DNA of 64,000 nucleotides from Catajapyx aquilonaris (Eukaryota). Position numbers and translations under genes: made by a program. The stretch's first letter is position 1. Every line of letters begins with the position of its first letter. Of the stretch, positions 1 to 12,900 are shown in pieces. Where the stretch lies: NCBI GenBank assembly GCA_000934665.2, contig JYFJ02000185.1:1-64000 (forward strand), given 5' to 3'. The notes under the pieces were generated by a model. That model was given only the letters and a program-made list of their open reading frames with translations. It searched no databases and was not told where the DNA came from.

Positions 1-79
1 CCACAGATTCACCCGAGATTCCACAGATTCACCCGGGATTCCCCGGGATTCATCCTGGAAACGTACGAGATTCACCCGA
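1..79. repeat. Short tandem repeat (20-bp unit with GATTC sub-repeats), possibly truncated by the window edge
   Basis: CCACAGATTCACCCGAGATT (1-20) repeats at 21-40 with one mismatch. Degenerate copies follow (CCCCGGGATTC 41-51, GAGATTCACCCGA 67-79). Confidence 0.8.
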
Positions 80-3000
80 TTGTCCGACCCCTTGGGTTCG
101 AACCGGTGTAAAAAGTTCCCCCAAAGAGCAAGGGCTGGGGGGATGTTGTATCTTGCAAAGCATTTGGTTTGCGGCTTATTTGCACAGAGCCCTTGCAACT
201 CTTTGAAGTAAAGGGGCCGCACTAAGCAGTTTACTGTGGGGGGCTTCACTGCGGGGATGGAAGAGGGGTAAGTTTGTCGCGCAAACTGTTTGGTGGAGGG
301 TTAGAGTTCTGCGGGTGTATGGATGCAGGGAAACACCAGAGTTAACTCATATGCAGGTGCATTATCGGGCCTGAATCGATCCGCGGTGGGGTCTTCCAGG
401 GAAATGCTGCCATAAACTCAGCATCTTGCCGATACCGACCGCAGGTACACTGCAACACGGTGCACCATCATAAATCTAAAAGGGAGGCATAGTCAGTGGA
501 CCACTGGTGCAATCTTGATCAAGCCAGCGTTTGCCACTAACACAAGCCGAAGCCATAATGGGCGTTCAATAAAAGAGCTTTCGCCACCTTCGGTTCCGGA
601 AATGCAATAAAAGAGAATGGGGCTTGGCGAAGTAGCAGTTAGGACCGTTGGTAGCAGCTTTTCAGTGTTCGCAGCTATGTTCTTGTACAAGTTGAAAGGA
701 AATCACTGCGGTTTCTCCATTCATACTTAATGTGTTGAGTGATAGCGTTTCTAGGCCCACCGTACTGGCCAGTTCCCCCACTTTCATGGGATGGAAAGAG
801 AGAGAGAGAGAAAAAAAACGTTGTAATCATGTTCCGTAAACGTCCGAGGTGGAAGAGGATCAGTACTGAAAAGCCGCGGTAATTCCCCAAAGAGTCACTA
901 AAGCCGTGTTGCGTGCTGGCTGCTGAATCTTGATCGGTCCACACCACCACCTATTCCCTGTCCCCCCCCCCTCAAAACATACTGACCTCTGCTCGGTTTT
1001 GCATCGTTGTGTGTACCGATGCTAGATATGCTCCAGTGTGCATAATTCTGCCGGACACGTGTACCCAATTTTGCACGGTTTATTTGCGCAGATAAAATCC
1101 GACTCGCAGGAGCCAAAAGGGTATCAACTATTAGTGTGGGTCCCACGTAGCGTAATGGACGCCATGCGCCATTAGAGTGCGCGCTTTTGATCCGCGTTGT
1201 CACGGAGCGTTGCGCAAAATGCTCTCTGTATTTTTTAACGGTTGTGTAAGTGACAGTTGGCAATATTTTTTGGGGGTCCAGATAGAATCAGCCGGATCCT
1301 GCGGACAAACGGAAATAATCGAATATTCGATGAATTATTGGGCGCATTGTTGGAATACTTCTGCTCAAACAAGACCCTGCAGTTTGTGTGATAATATCAC
1401 GACCTATAGCAAGCTTTTGCAATGTAAAGGGATTTGCGATACTTGTTCCCGATATTAATCAACTGGTTTCGCTAATGCAATTTTTTCGCTTTATTAAACG
1501 ATGTTTCTGACGTGAAAGCGAGATAAGACTAATGTCATCACCTGTCTCGCAAACTTCGCTCGTTTGCATACATACAGAAAAAAAAATTGCACATGGCAGT
1601 TCATTTCCTCACCTCTCAGGTGTCGCTCGAGTCAGAACAAAGTTTTAATAATGTCATCTTGCTTTGGTCCGGACTGAGGAAATGTGATATTGGGTGCAGA
1701 TGCCCTTGGGCCAATAAAGAGATGGGTTACACACACAAAAAAAGAGTGCAAAGTACGGCCAATCCCTGGGGTTCTGCCTCGGGTTACAAACAAATGGCGC
1801 GGAATTTGAAGCGTGGAAAAGCTGACTGTCAGACGGTGACGCGGAATACAAGTTGATGGACGAGCAATAAAGCGCAATCTCTCCCTAGGAAAGGTAGATC
1901 CCTAGCCTGGGTTTCATGAGGCCCAAAAATACATTTTGTACTGGGGGGGGGGGAGGTAAATCTGGGGGGCGCCCGTTTTTCAAACCTGCCCCCCACCCGG
2001 ATTACCATGATTGTCACTTCCCATTACACCAGAGACGATTTTAATTTGGCCGACTGCGGTATGGTTGGGGTGGAAAAAATACGACTGTCTTTTGCATCAG
2101 ACATGTGTGGGACGTTTATTGATGGAGCCCTACCTCGCTTTATGAGGCAGGTAGTCAGCCAGATTTTCATTTTTCCTTAACTGTAAGTCGCATTGGGACA
2201 CTTGGCTGGAATTCGCCACTAGAGAACAATGGGTCATTTCTAGTGTAGTCTGCTGTCAGAAAAAATTTAAATGAAAAATTATTGTCAACAATATACTGTG
2301 CAGACGTAGCATTGAATATCTTAGGCTGAAACAATGTGAGTGTCAATCATTCATAACCTATAAGCTTAACTAGACTTCTTATTACATCTGCACCTTCGAC
2401 TCAAACAGAGCGTAATTCTATTTCGAACCATGAAGTTGCCATTTTCCTCCTCCTTTCCCCCCCTATAGTTTTATCCCTCACTAATTGACATTGAGTTACC
2501 ATCAATTTGTTAATTCGGACAAAAGTTGGTTGGGAGGGAAGGGTGGAGAGGGGGGACATGGAACAATTATAAAGTTCCCCGACTGGTAATGCCATTAAGA
2601 GCAACAAAAAGTTGGTGCAAATAAGCCCCGGCGCGATAGTTTTGCAGAGCAGCGACCACTCTTTTTTTTAGCTATCTCCAATTATTTCTTCTCTCTTTGA
2701 TCCCTCCAAGGTGATTAACAAAAGTAGTATCCCGAGACCTAATGTGCACAAAACTTGCTTTGGACATACAAGATCCCATTTTTAAGACAAAGTCGTCTGA
2801 GTTCGTTTTAGCGTTATGACTAAGTGACATCACACATTAAGGGTTATCCTGGGTGGTAGGCAACCTTTGTGTCGTATTGTTTGTGAGTGACTAACCGATA
2901 TTATTCATGCAATTGTTCCGGAATTCTCACAGGGTATGTTCTTCGCATATCAAAAAGTAACCCATGTTATGCTCTACTAAGTATACAGAGGCCTAAAAAA

Positions 3001-3734
3001 AACGCAGGAAGAAACGAGGCCGATATTCCTACTGTGGATTAGATTGTGGAGGTCCCTGCCACAATCGATAAATGACATACGCCGACAGATTGGCCCGGAA
3101 ATGCAGTCGTTTCAAAGCTACTTATTGAGTTTGTGCGAAACTCAATAGTTTGAATTTGACACGTGAACCTCGTTGCATTTCTTGATTAATTAGGTCTCGC
3201 TCCAAACTTAATGTTCCTAAATCTATCTCCTGCTAGCGGTCCTGAACGCATCGCTTCATCTTGCAATTCGCCAATTTCCCCGAACTGTTGCTTTAAAAAA
3301 AAGCAGGAACAAAGAGAGTGTCACTTACCCCACTCCAGCAAGAGAACAAACCACAGCCAAAAGTGCTGCATGATGGATGTGTCGCCGGGTTGTTTTTTTT
3401 AATGTATCAAGTAGTAGGTCACATTTCCAAAGGACAGTCGCTCGATTCGAACCGGTTCATGTCCTGCTGGACAAACTTTTCCGATTGATTGATTGGGTCG
3501 GTTACTATTTCAGGTCAAAGCCGCACTAAGTCACAACCATTTTTTGGGGGGTGTTATGGGGCGCTTTTTTTTTTTGAAATAACCGCACCTGTCACATCTC
3601 ACTGGAGTCACACTGCACTGTTTGTGTCATGAAAGTCACTAGTGTACTTGCTGGGGAGTTGGGGGCGGGGGCGGATTGGCCCCCCTTAAAAAATTGTAGA
3701 TACGCACTTTTTAGATAGGAGAGGATTTTGGGGG

Positions 3735-3965
3735 GCTGGCTGGGGTCGAGGAGCGCGACAGCCGACTGAGGAGAGAGACGAGGGCGGGCGTCTCTGGCGC
3801 CGGCGCCGGCGCCATGATTCTGGGAGGTCGCGCCGTCGCTATGGACTTCACTTTAGGGGTATGGTTGAAGAGGAGGGGTGGGTTGCAATTTTTTTTGGAA
3901 GTGGTGCCGGAGAGGGGTGGGGGAAGGGTAATTGGCTGGGATCGCCCACGGGCGCGACCTACCCG
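3735..3965. promoter_or_regulatory. GC/CpG-rich island containing a perfect 20-bp palindrome T(GGCGCC)3A
   Basis: TGGCGCCGGCGCCGGCGCCA at 3795-3814 is its own reverse complement. The surrounding DNA is dense in CpG and G-tracts. A regulatory role is inferred, not shown. Confidence 0.35.
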
Positions 3966-6900
3966 ATGGGAAGGTTTGGAGGAGAAGGTTGGAGATTCTT
4001 TCATATCTCTACACCTTACAAGGAAAGCAAATTTATCCTTGTTGAGGTTGGGTTGACCAGTGTCTTCGGCGATATGTAAATTACTCCAACGGCTGACCAT
4101 TGAAGTGACCAGACCAAGCATCAATATTGGCTTCCAACGACAGGTGATGAATTTTGGTTACTTGGGTTGAACCAACCCTTTCCTTCAAAGGCCGTATCCA
4201 GTACCCCCAGCGTGTTGAGGCTTATCTGGCCTGCAGGAAAAGGCTGCGGCTATTCCTCTCGAGGGATAATCGAGCCACTTCCGTGCTTCCTGATTAGCTG
4301 CCTTCTGGGCCAACCAACCCTTCATCACGACAACCTTTTCCCCCTCGTCCCCGGAACAGATCCGGGAATCGGACAACCAAGTTCCGGAGCCACAAAAAAA
4401 ACTGTTCATCTATACCCCCCCGCAAAGCCATCTATCTGTCTCTCAACACTGCTTGTTCATCGCCTCCCCAAAACTGACCGGATCATCATTGAAACAGTCC
4501 GGATTTATGGTTCCCCCCTCCGGATCGAACATTGTAAACATTTACGGCTATGAATCCGGATCCCCCCCACACCGAAACCCCTGTCGTGAAAACGGAGGGG
4601 GGAAATTAATAGTCATAAAGTTATAAATCATGAGGGAATTTCTGCAAAATTCTTGCGCGGAATAGGCCTGGCGGATGTGACAAAAAAGTCTATTTAAATC
4701 GCATTAAAATGTCACAGGCCGCAATGAATATTTCACATATTTTAGAACAATTTCAATTTAACAGAAATTTCTCATTTATTTTTGAACATGAAAAGTTGGG
4801 AGAACTTATATATGCCGGAATAATTTTACACATTCTGTTTGATGTTTGAAGTCAGTTATACCTGTAACTAGCAAATCAAGTAAGCATCTACTATAGTGAG
4901 CAAGAGTTGGCCGTATAATTTTGTCGAAATCATTCAACCTGCCCCCGTATATTTAATCCAGGTCCCCCAGCTGCAGTGTGCACCTTTGGACATGCATGTG
5001 TTTGGGATACACTCATATAACGAGGACAGACTCGTTAATAGCGCCGTTAACCCAAGCGATAGAGAGCCATTTTGTCCCGTTTAAAACTGGGCTCCTAATC
5101 TGACCTCTCGCCGCGAACATGAATCACAAATCTTATGGAGGAGGAAAAAGCTCCGTCCGTGCATTGTGGCAATGAGTGTGGTAAACGTTATCACAGCCCT
5201 TTCTACCCCCAACCCTCTCCCTCCTTTTCCTACTCGAATATCTCGGGCAATTGCACCGTGATTAGTCCCAGCACCTTAAAGAAAGGATACTCTAACACGC
5301 ACATGAATTCTGGGTTTCTACCTGGGGAAAATGTCGCCTCGGATTTCGTGGAAAGGTCAGCTATTTTGATTGTCATTACTAGCGGAGGCAAAATTAGTAC
5401 TTGTTACATATTTTAAAACACTGGACACTAGTATTCAGCTTGTTGCTTGGGTCAAGCAGTAATGAACAATATTTTATTACATTTCATTGTTCGGTCGTTC
5501 TGTAGCCTTTAGAACAAACAACGGAGGTTTCAGGCAGTGAAACGGTTGGAAAATGGATCGTCCCTATTTGGCCAAGTATAGTAAAGGGAACTGAGGATAA
5601 GCTAGCCAGCGTGTGTTTCTACCTGAGGACAAATAGCCGTCGAAAAACAGCCCAAGTTAACTGGCCTGTCCCCGAATAAACAGTCTTCAGCCGGGCCAGT
5701 CAAAAATGGACTAGCCGAAAATCCACTGTGGCCCACCCCCGGGTTTGCTTGCAGTGGAAAGGCCGCCGAGTTTTGTAATCCAATTAAAAGGGATCAGGGT
5801 CACATAAATTTAAGTGCCGTCTGCATAATATGGCACAACCCCACGAACTGGATAATCCACAATTCAATGACCGTGAGAGGAGAGAGCAAATAATTCACGG
5901 CGCTCGAGGAATTCTAGTTACACTTAAATGAGTTTTTCTACCGCAGCATTGCAGCCAGAACCTTTTGCTCGTGTCTCCTTTTTATTAGGTCATTCACTAT
6001 TTTGGGATTGAAGCGACGCTTTTAAAAGTTTTTTTTTATGCATTACCCTGCAGGACAGTGAAAAAACTTGGGCAATTCAAGTTGCACAAAGTTGGGGAGA
6101 TGCAATCAGGTTCTCTGTGGGTGCAAATTGTCTGATAAAGATTTAGGTTTGCCAAAATTATTTTATTTGAGAAATTACTACAAGGTTTGTGATTATCGCA
6201 AATATTGCCTATGTGACGCAGGTGCTATTATTGTCCGGAGTCGCTGAAAGATTTATTTTCAATGGACTAGCCCAGTGGCTATAAATGTTTCATACCCTGC
6301 ACGATGCATAATATACTTGTAAAACTAAAACTGCACTGAAAACACTGATATGTATAAATATTTTTTATGTTCATAAAATTTGGGATAGGTAAATAAAAGT
6401 GCATTATGCAGAAAATTTATAAATAGATTCACTGGGGTGAATAATAATTCAAATAAAACACAATCCATAAAAATATAGACATTTATGTGCATGTGGATAT
6501 ATAATTCCACACCTTTTAATGTCAGTTCTGCATGGGTTTCTCACGGCTGTGTTATTTCACTTAACTGAATATTATTGAAATGACACATTTACGGATCTCT
6601 AGAGATGGCGGAAACATTTATAAATTCGTACCTCTTAATAAATCAACTTCTAATTGATTTGAACAAAAAACATCGATCAAACTGCACCACTTTATATACT
6701 GCATAACTGTATACACTATAACTAGCCGTATAGGATTTGTGCAAAGGCCTTTCAAGAAGACTTCATAGCAGAACGAGGTACTGTAAGCCTATTCATTGCC
6801 TCTCGTTACAGAGATCAGTAATGCGAGAAAATCCTCTCAGAAAGTAATAGACAGGGAGACAGTGTGGCAGATGCAGTCCTTGCTTTATTGTACACTGTAT

Positions 6901-9900
6901 GTAATTACTTGGCAATACCAAGCTCAAAATTCGGAACCACTCCTCCCATTGCAATTAGAGTTGTGTCAAAATGAGCAGCAAAATTTTCTGTCACACAAAC
7001 TAATCAGTTGGCATATCATGCACAAGTCACGTCGGTGTGACAGTCTGTTGTGCAACATTAATGAGTCCTGCAGTGCCGCCTATGCACAATGCAGCATGTC
7101 TCTCATTCCTGCGGAATAAAATGTATTGTCAACTGGTTTCTGATCCGCGAATCACGCAATTTTAAAGTTTTGGCGAAGTGTTCTTTGTGCCGATGTCATG
7201 TCATATGAATTTACCTGACATGATTGTAAACTTGTGCAATTCTCTTTCTTCGTCGATGCATTGTCTTTCCAGTTGAGTCGCACGTGCAGTTCCGCTATTT
7301 ACTAGTCATTCAAATTACGCTGTATAGGGTTGTCACACAGCAATTTGTCACTGCCATCTGTGCCCTGTGCGTGTGCATTACGGCCTGAAAACCTCATGAG
7401 GAATAGGGATAATGCAAAAGTATGGCCCCCACCACCATAAAGCGTGCGACGCAATAAAAACGTCCATTCCGCTAAGTCGAACTAAACGCGGCTTAAAGAC
7501 CTTATCAAAAACACAGTAAGCGAGACCAAATTTAGACAAATAAGAAAAGCTCGGAGCAATCATCATCAAGCCTTAATTACTCGAGTGCATACCTCAGATC
7601 TTGTCAAACGACAACAACCCGGAAACACTCCCTCGCCATGAATAATTTCCCCTTTGTTAGCTCTTATAGGTAATTGCTATAAGCAAAACCGCCCTACACC
7701 TCTCTGCGAATGAAACTGGAATTATTTAACGATTATTCTCACCCCCTCCAGTGCTCATCTCCAAACCTACCCCAACCCTCAGTTAGTAGATCCCCGTCAA
7801 ATGCAGCTGTTTGTCAATTATCCATATTAACTTGATGACTCTTTTTGTGCACCACTCTCTCAATTCATGACTTCTGAATATAACTGTAGAAGAATTCTGC
7901 TGGGTTGCTCATTCAGCAATTAAACTTGTGGCGGGGTTTCCCCCTTTTCGATGCAATATTTATGGAGGTTGGGACGCGCGGCTGACGTGACATGAATGCA
8001 CGTCAATCGTAAGGCCTGGTCTCCGTCCACGTTTTGTCCGTACGTCATGAAGCGTTGTTAGCGTTTGCATCGGGCACATTTGGAGGGAACAAGCAAGCTG
8101 ACATGCTCATCAGCTTTCTGCATGAAGGTTTTTATCGAGGATTGCATAGGGAGGGGGGGGGGGGAGAGAAGGTTGGGGTGTGTTTCAAAAGAATCGGATA
8201 TCGATAGAGAAAGTGTGCCGTATTTGTTCGGGGCATAAAGCATGCGAAATGCACACAAGGCGAACCAAACGGGCATGATTGTTGTCAGTCATGTTAAAAG
8301 ATCTATTGCACAAACACATCCATCGTTTGAGAACCTTGGATGTGATAGTGATGTATCGCTAACTTGAGCATGTTTCTGCCTGAGCATACATTTATTAATG
8401 AATATTAACGACTCTTTTGCTCACATTCTTCAAAACTATCCGCAACTATGCAAATTTTAGTTTCATGTGATCTGGAAATATGTGGTTGGAAATGGGGGGG
8501 GCATAATTTTGCATCGGTTTTTTCAGCCCTTGCTGGTGGGTCCTCGGCTAAATGGTCTAATATTAATTAATTATGCTATTTACTGATTTGTTACGCCCAT
8601 AACAGACAACTCAGTACTCTTTGAAGCCAATGCGTTTGTGTAATGAAACATGCTTACATATACAGTACACGATGCAAAAGCACCGGTATATATTTGTATA
8701 ATCATTTAGTCGCACCTGTCATAATATAGTTGCTGCTTTTTAAATGATTGTAGCGCAGATTATAATCAACATACCAACCCTTGCTAAAGGTTTTGACATA
8801 AGAAGAGTTTTTACATTTTTATAGCGACATAAATTATTATTAGAATGTTGATATTTGCTGTAGCCTACATTTCAAAATTTTTATTTTAACCTAACAATTT
8901 TAAGTGTTTCCAGATCTATGAATATTAATACTAAAGCTCACAGCCCGTGCAAAATAATTAGGAGTCATCAGAAAACTGTAACTGGTTCCTACACTGTACG
9001 TAATTGTAGCTTGCTAAATTTTCTGGCATTCTAACTGCATGTTGTGTATAAGTTATTGCAACACGGTTTGTTCCAAAACCACACTTTCTCTCTTTTAACT
9101 GTACTTGCTGTAATGACATCCAACTCTTGTTTCAGATGTAATTTAATTACTGCAGTGTTTATTTCACCTTTGTTCTATTCATGATGAGGGTATTGTGGAA
9201 CTACTGTTGAAAATACTGTACAATTATTGTTAATGAACGAGGGTAAGTTAAATATAACTTTCTATCCGGTGGAAACTCCATTGATTCGAGCCTCAACATT
9301 TTTGTTCCATACAAAGAAACGTGCATGAATATTCAAAAATTTTTCCAAAAAAAAAGTGGACCTCAGCTTGATTGGCACTGACCCCCTTTTTTGCACTCAT
9401 ATCTCGCACACGTCACGGGTGGCTCTCAAATTGCTTAATACGCTCGGAAAAGAGGCAGCCATTCTGGTGGCCGCATACAACTGTCGATATGAATATTGCT
9501 TATGAGCAGCAGCGAAGGCCCGAAGCTTGAGCGAAAAATCTCCCCCCCCCCCCAAAAAAAAAAAGAAGCGAGGGGGGCTCTTTATTGCAGGTCGTAACTC
9601 ATGAGGGGGGCCCTGGGTACGTAGGGAAAAATATGGATTCGCCATCTTCTCTGCACGCTATCCGTTATTCCCGCTGGCTAACTCGTTTTCTGCTTCTTGC
9701 CATGAAATGTGCCACGTTCAACTTTGTCTCGCTTTCGTTGCTGTTTCATCCTCTTCTCTGCCCCCTGTATTTTTTTTATACATCCAGCTTCCCCCCCCCC
9801 CCCCCATATACTGTGTTGCAGGGACTGGCAATTCCGCCGACTAGGCATGTGAGAGCTGCGTTTCATCACTGAATTTCGGATGTATATATATGCCGCGGTT

Positions 9901-12900
9901 GTGGAAACGAATTAGATTGGTGTTTGAGCTCGAAACGCTTCGTATAATTTCATTGCACGCCACGGGAGGCTTCCTATTAAATTACCGTCCGGTTAATGAT
10001 ATGTCCATCGATTACTTGCAATTCCTTCGGGCACACATTTTTTTTCCAGGGCTTAAGCACAACTCGAATTGGAGCTGACCGTTCCGTATAAAAACACGCG
10101 AGAAGAAAAGTCACGACGGTTTTTAAGCTCTTGTCAGCATGGCGTGTTAGAACAGGGCCAGTAATTAAATAAAAAAGTCACCGATGCATTCATTTGGGAT
10201 ATCTGCATATCAATTCTGTATAATGAAACATCGCGAAAAGGAGGCAAGTTATGAAAGTGCCGCTGAAATCGGCTCATTACTTACACACTTCCAGATGAGT
10301 CATGTGGCATTTAAAAAAATTATGTACTTACAGTATATGTCAGTCCTGCGGTCATAGAGCAAAAATAATTCATTATTGTCGTATATCATTTGATCTGCAA
10401 ATATCCACATCACAAAGGAGTGTTTCATCGCACGTCAAAGTCACGCCATTTCTGATCGTTTCATATACACACACATCTAGTCTTTTTTTGGGGGGGGGAC
10501 AAAAAGGGAGAGGAACTATGTGAAGAGAAGGGCGCGTTATTGCCGCTTCAGCTCGATACGTCATCCGAGACATACAAAAAAGATTTATCTTGCAGAAACC
10601 CACGCAGTGCCAAGTCAGCTGCACATGAAGAGAACTGTTTGGGTGGGGGAGAGGGTTATACGGTCGGAAGGGGGAGGATTTTTTATATATAATTTTTTTT
10701 CCCGTCTCCCTCGCGATGTTCTTCCAGCGACAAAGTGGCTTTGAAAAGGGCCATTGCAGCAATTCCGGATGAGGAATTGAGAGTGACCGAGATGTACCTC
10801 GCGAAATTATGGCCTTCAGAAAGGCTTTGTCTCAGCGCAATCCCTCGTGGTCCTTGGAAGTTTACACAGCACCACCACTGAGTTTACAACAGCGCCAGAG
10901 AACTTGTGTGTGCAAGGAAGAGGAACCAGCCCCCATCTCCTTCCTCTATACAACCACCACCACTCTGCGCCCTTCCTACTAAAGAAATACACCAAGTGGG
11001 TGCTCCAAAATTCATCGAGGGTCCTCCACCCGTTTCAAGCACTCCCACGACACGGCTAGATGATAACGTCAAATGATTCATCGTACGTGATACAAGTACC
11101 AAGTGTCGAGAGGTTTATATTTGAACAACCATACCTAGACCAGGGACGTCTTGGGCTGAAATCGCTTGCTCTAAGTGACTGCATATACAGTAACGAGTCG
11201 TGTGTGTACCTGTCGAGTGGTACTGCAGACGATGCCTAATCATAAATCGCCATTACTGCAGACACTATACGGCGCTCTATCTATAGCCCCTGCAATACAG
11301 CCATAAGGTCTAATAAAAGTTGTCGCGTTCCCATCACCTCTGCATGTCTCCAGAAATACACCTGGGCCTCCAATTGTTTCAAATATGGCCCTCCCTTTTC
11401 CTGTGAAGGTTGACGTCAGCCAGAGGCGCTATTCAAGTCCATCTGCACAATGAAGAATGCGACAGTGCTGTTGGGCCCTATTTTTACAGCCTTTGCCTTT
11501 ACAGTTGGGCTCTCTCTCTCCCTCTGAACTGCGGCTACATCCTCTTCGACCTGCGAATGTCGCATAAGCGTGTTAACTCCGGCTGATTGCAGCTCGAAGG
11601 TCGCGGGGCCTTCATTACTCAGCTGACCGTCCGCGCAGTTATTTCGCGGTTAAACAGGCCAACTCAATCAGCACTTCGTTAATTCGGACCTTGCGCCGCC
11701 TCAAATGCAACGTGATGGCCCAATAACCTGGGCCCTATAAAAGGTCACTCCGTGGAAAGGAAAGCGTACTGCATCCCTTTTTTAAAAACCCAGCTAGACT
11801 TTTAAAGCATCCCTGTTCACGATGGGTGCCAAGCTTCATGAATATAACAACACTGGCCTGAAAAAATGTTGGCCATAATTACTTTAGTTAATCATCAACT
11901 ACTGCGACCATAACTTGCATCACATTTGAAAATAATAATAGATGCATTTGGGTGGTGACCCTTTCAATTATTCAGTGACGGTATTCTTGTTTGAAACTGG
12001 GACAGTTTGATAGTTGGCTAATGATTCCTTCCATAAGAAAATTTGCGATTGCACAAACATGCTTCTCTAATAATAATATTAATGAACCATCAGTCTTGTT
12101 ACTCTGTTAACTGCGGAACTTCCAAGTTTATACCCTTAGTCCCATGTTTGCTTCCCAAACATTCGTCGTCCTTCTGAGCTGCCAGGATTATATTTCCTCT
12201 CAGTAATATTTGTTAGTGCACTGTACACCCTCTCCAACTTTCTGCATTGCTTAGTGCTTCTATACCATATCGATGGCCTGACTTCAGTACTCAGAAAGTT
12301 TCCAGACTGGCATTACAGTGCAAGGTTCAAGGCTCGGCTGCTCTTTTGGCCTGCCTGCAAAATTTCTGGACGAAGAAATGAATGGGACTATTCTTGACTT
12401 GTTCGTGTGCCACGTCCCATAATGCCTCGCACTATGGACTATTGCTGACGGATAAATCTAATGACTGGTTATAAAAGCAGTGCCACTCGATTGCATCTTG
12501 CACACAACGGATGCAATAGTGGAAGGGGCACTATGAATAGCCTTGAGTGCACCAAATAACGTCACTTATGACTTGATGACTGGAATCCGATTCAAGAAAA
12601 CGTCAAAGGGCACTTGGAGGGAAAAGGACACCCCAAAAAAAGAGAGAAGGAATTGGGGGAAAAGCCTTCGACGCCATAAATCAAAGGAGTGGGTAGGGAG
12701 AGATTGCGTCGATTGGATCCGAACACCTTGAAATCGTAGTGTACCAACGGGAGTCGTAAGGACTCGGTAATAAACTTTTTGGACACCTTCCCAAAATAGG
12801 AGCCCGGGGGTAATAATGTCGCCTTATAGATGCGGGTTATTTCTAGAGCAGCTTACACCTGGAGCAATAAAATCCCAATTACTATGGTCTCCTTTTTTTA

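Noticed and set aside
1..79. Repeat at the window start as a CRISPR array
   Set aside because: The units are adjacent with no unique spacers, there are no cas genes, and the context is eukaryotic.
5189..5198. TATCACAGCC, matching the 5' end of miR-2/miR-13
   Set aside because: The 3' half does not match and only a ~8-bp stem with a 3-nt loop can form, so it is not a pre-miRNA. A by-eye search for other conserved animal miRNAs gave seed-length matches only.
11720..11742. CCAAT plus TATAAAA as a core promoter
   Set aside because: The two motifs are too close together, there is no clear initiator downstream, and several equivalent TATA-like words occur elsewhere in the window.
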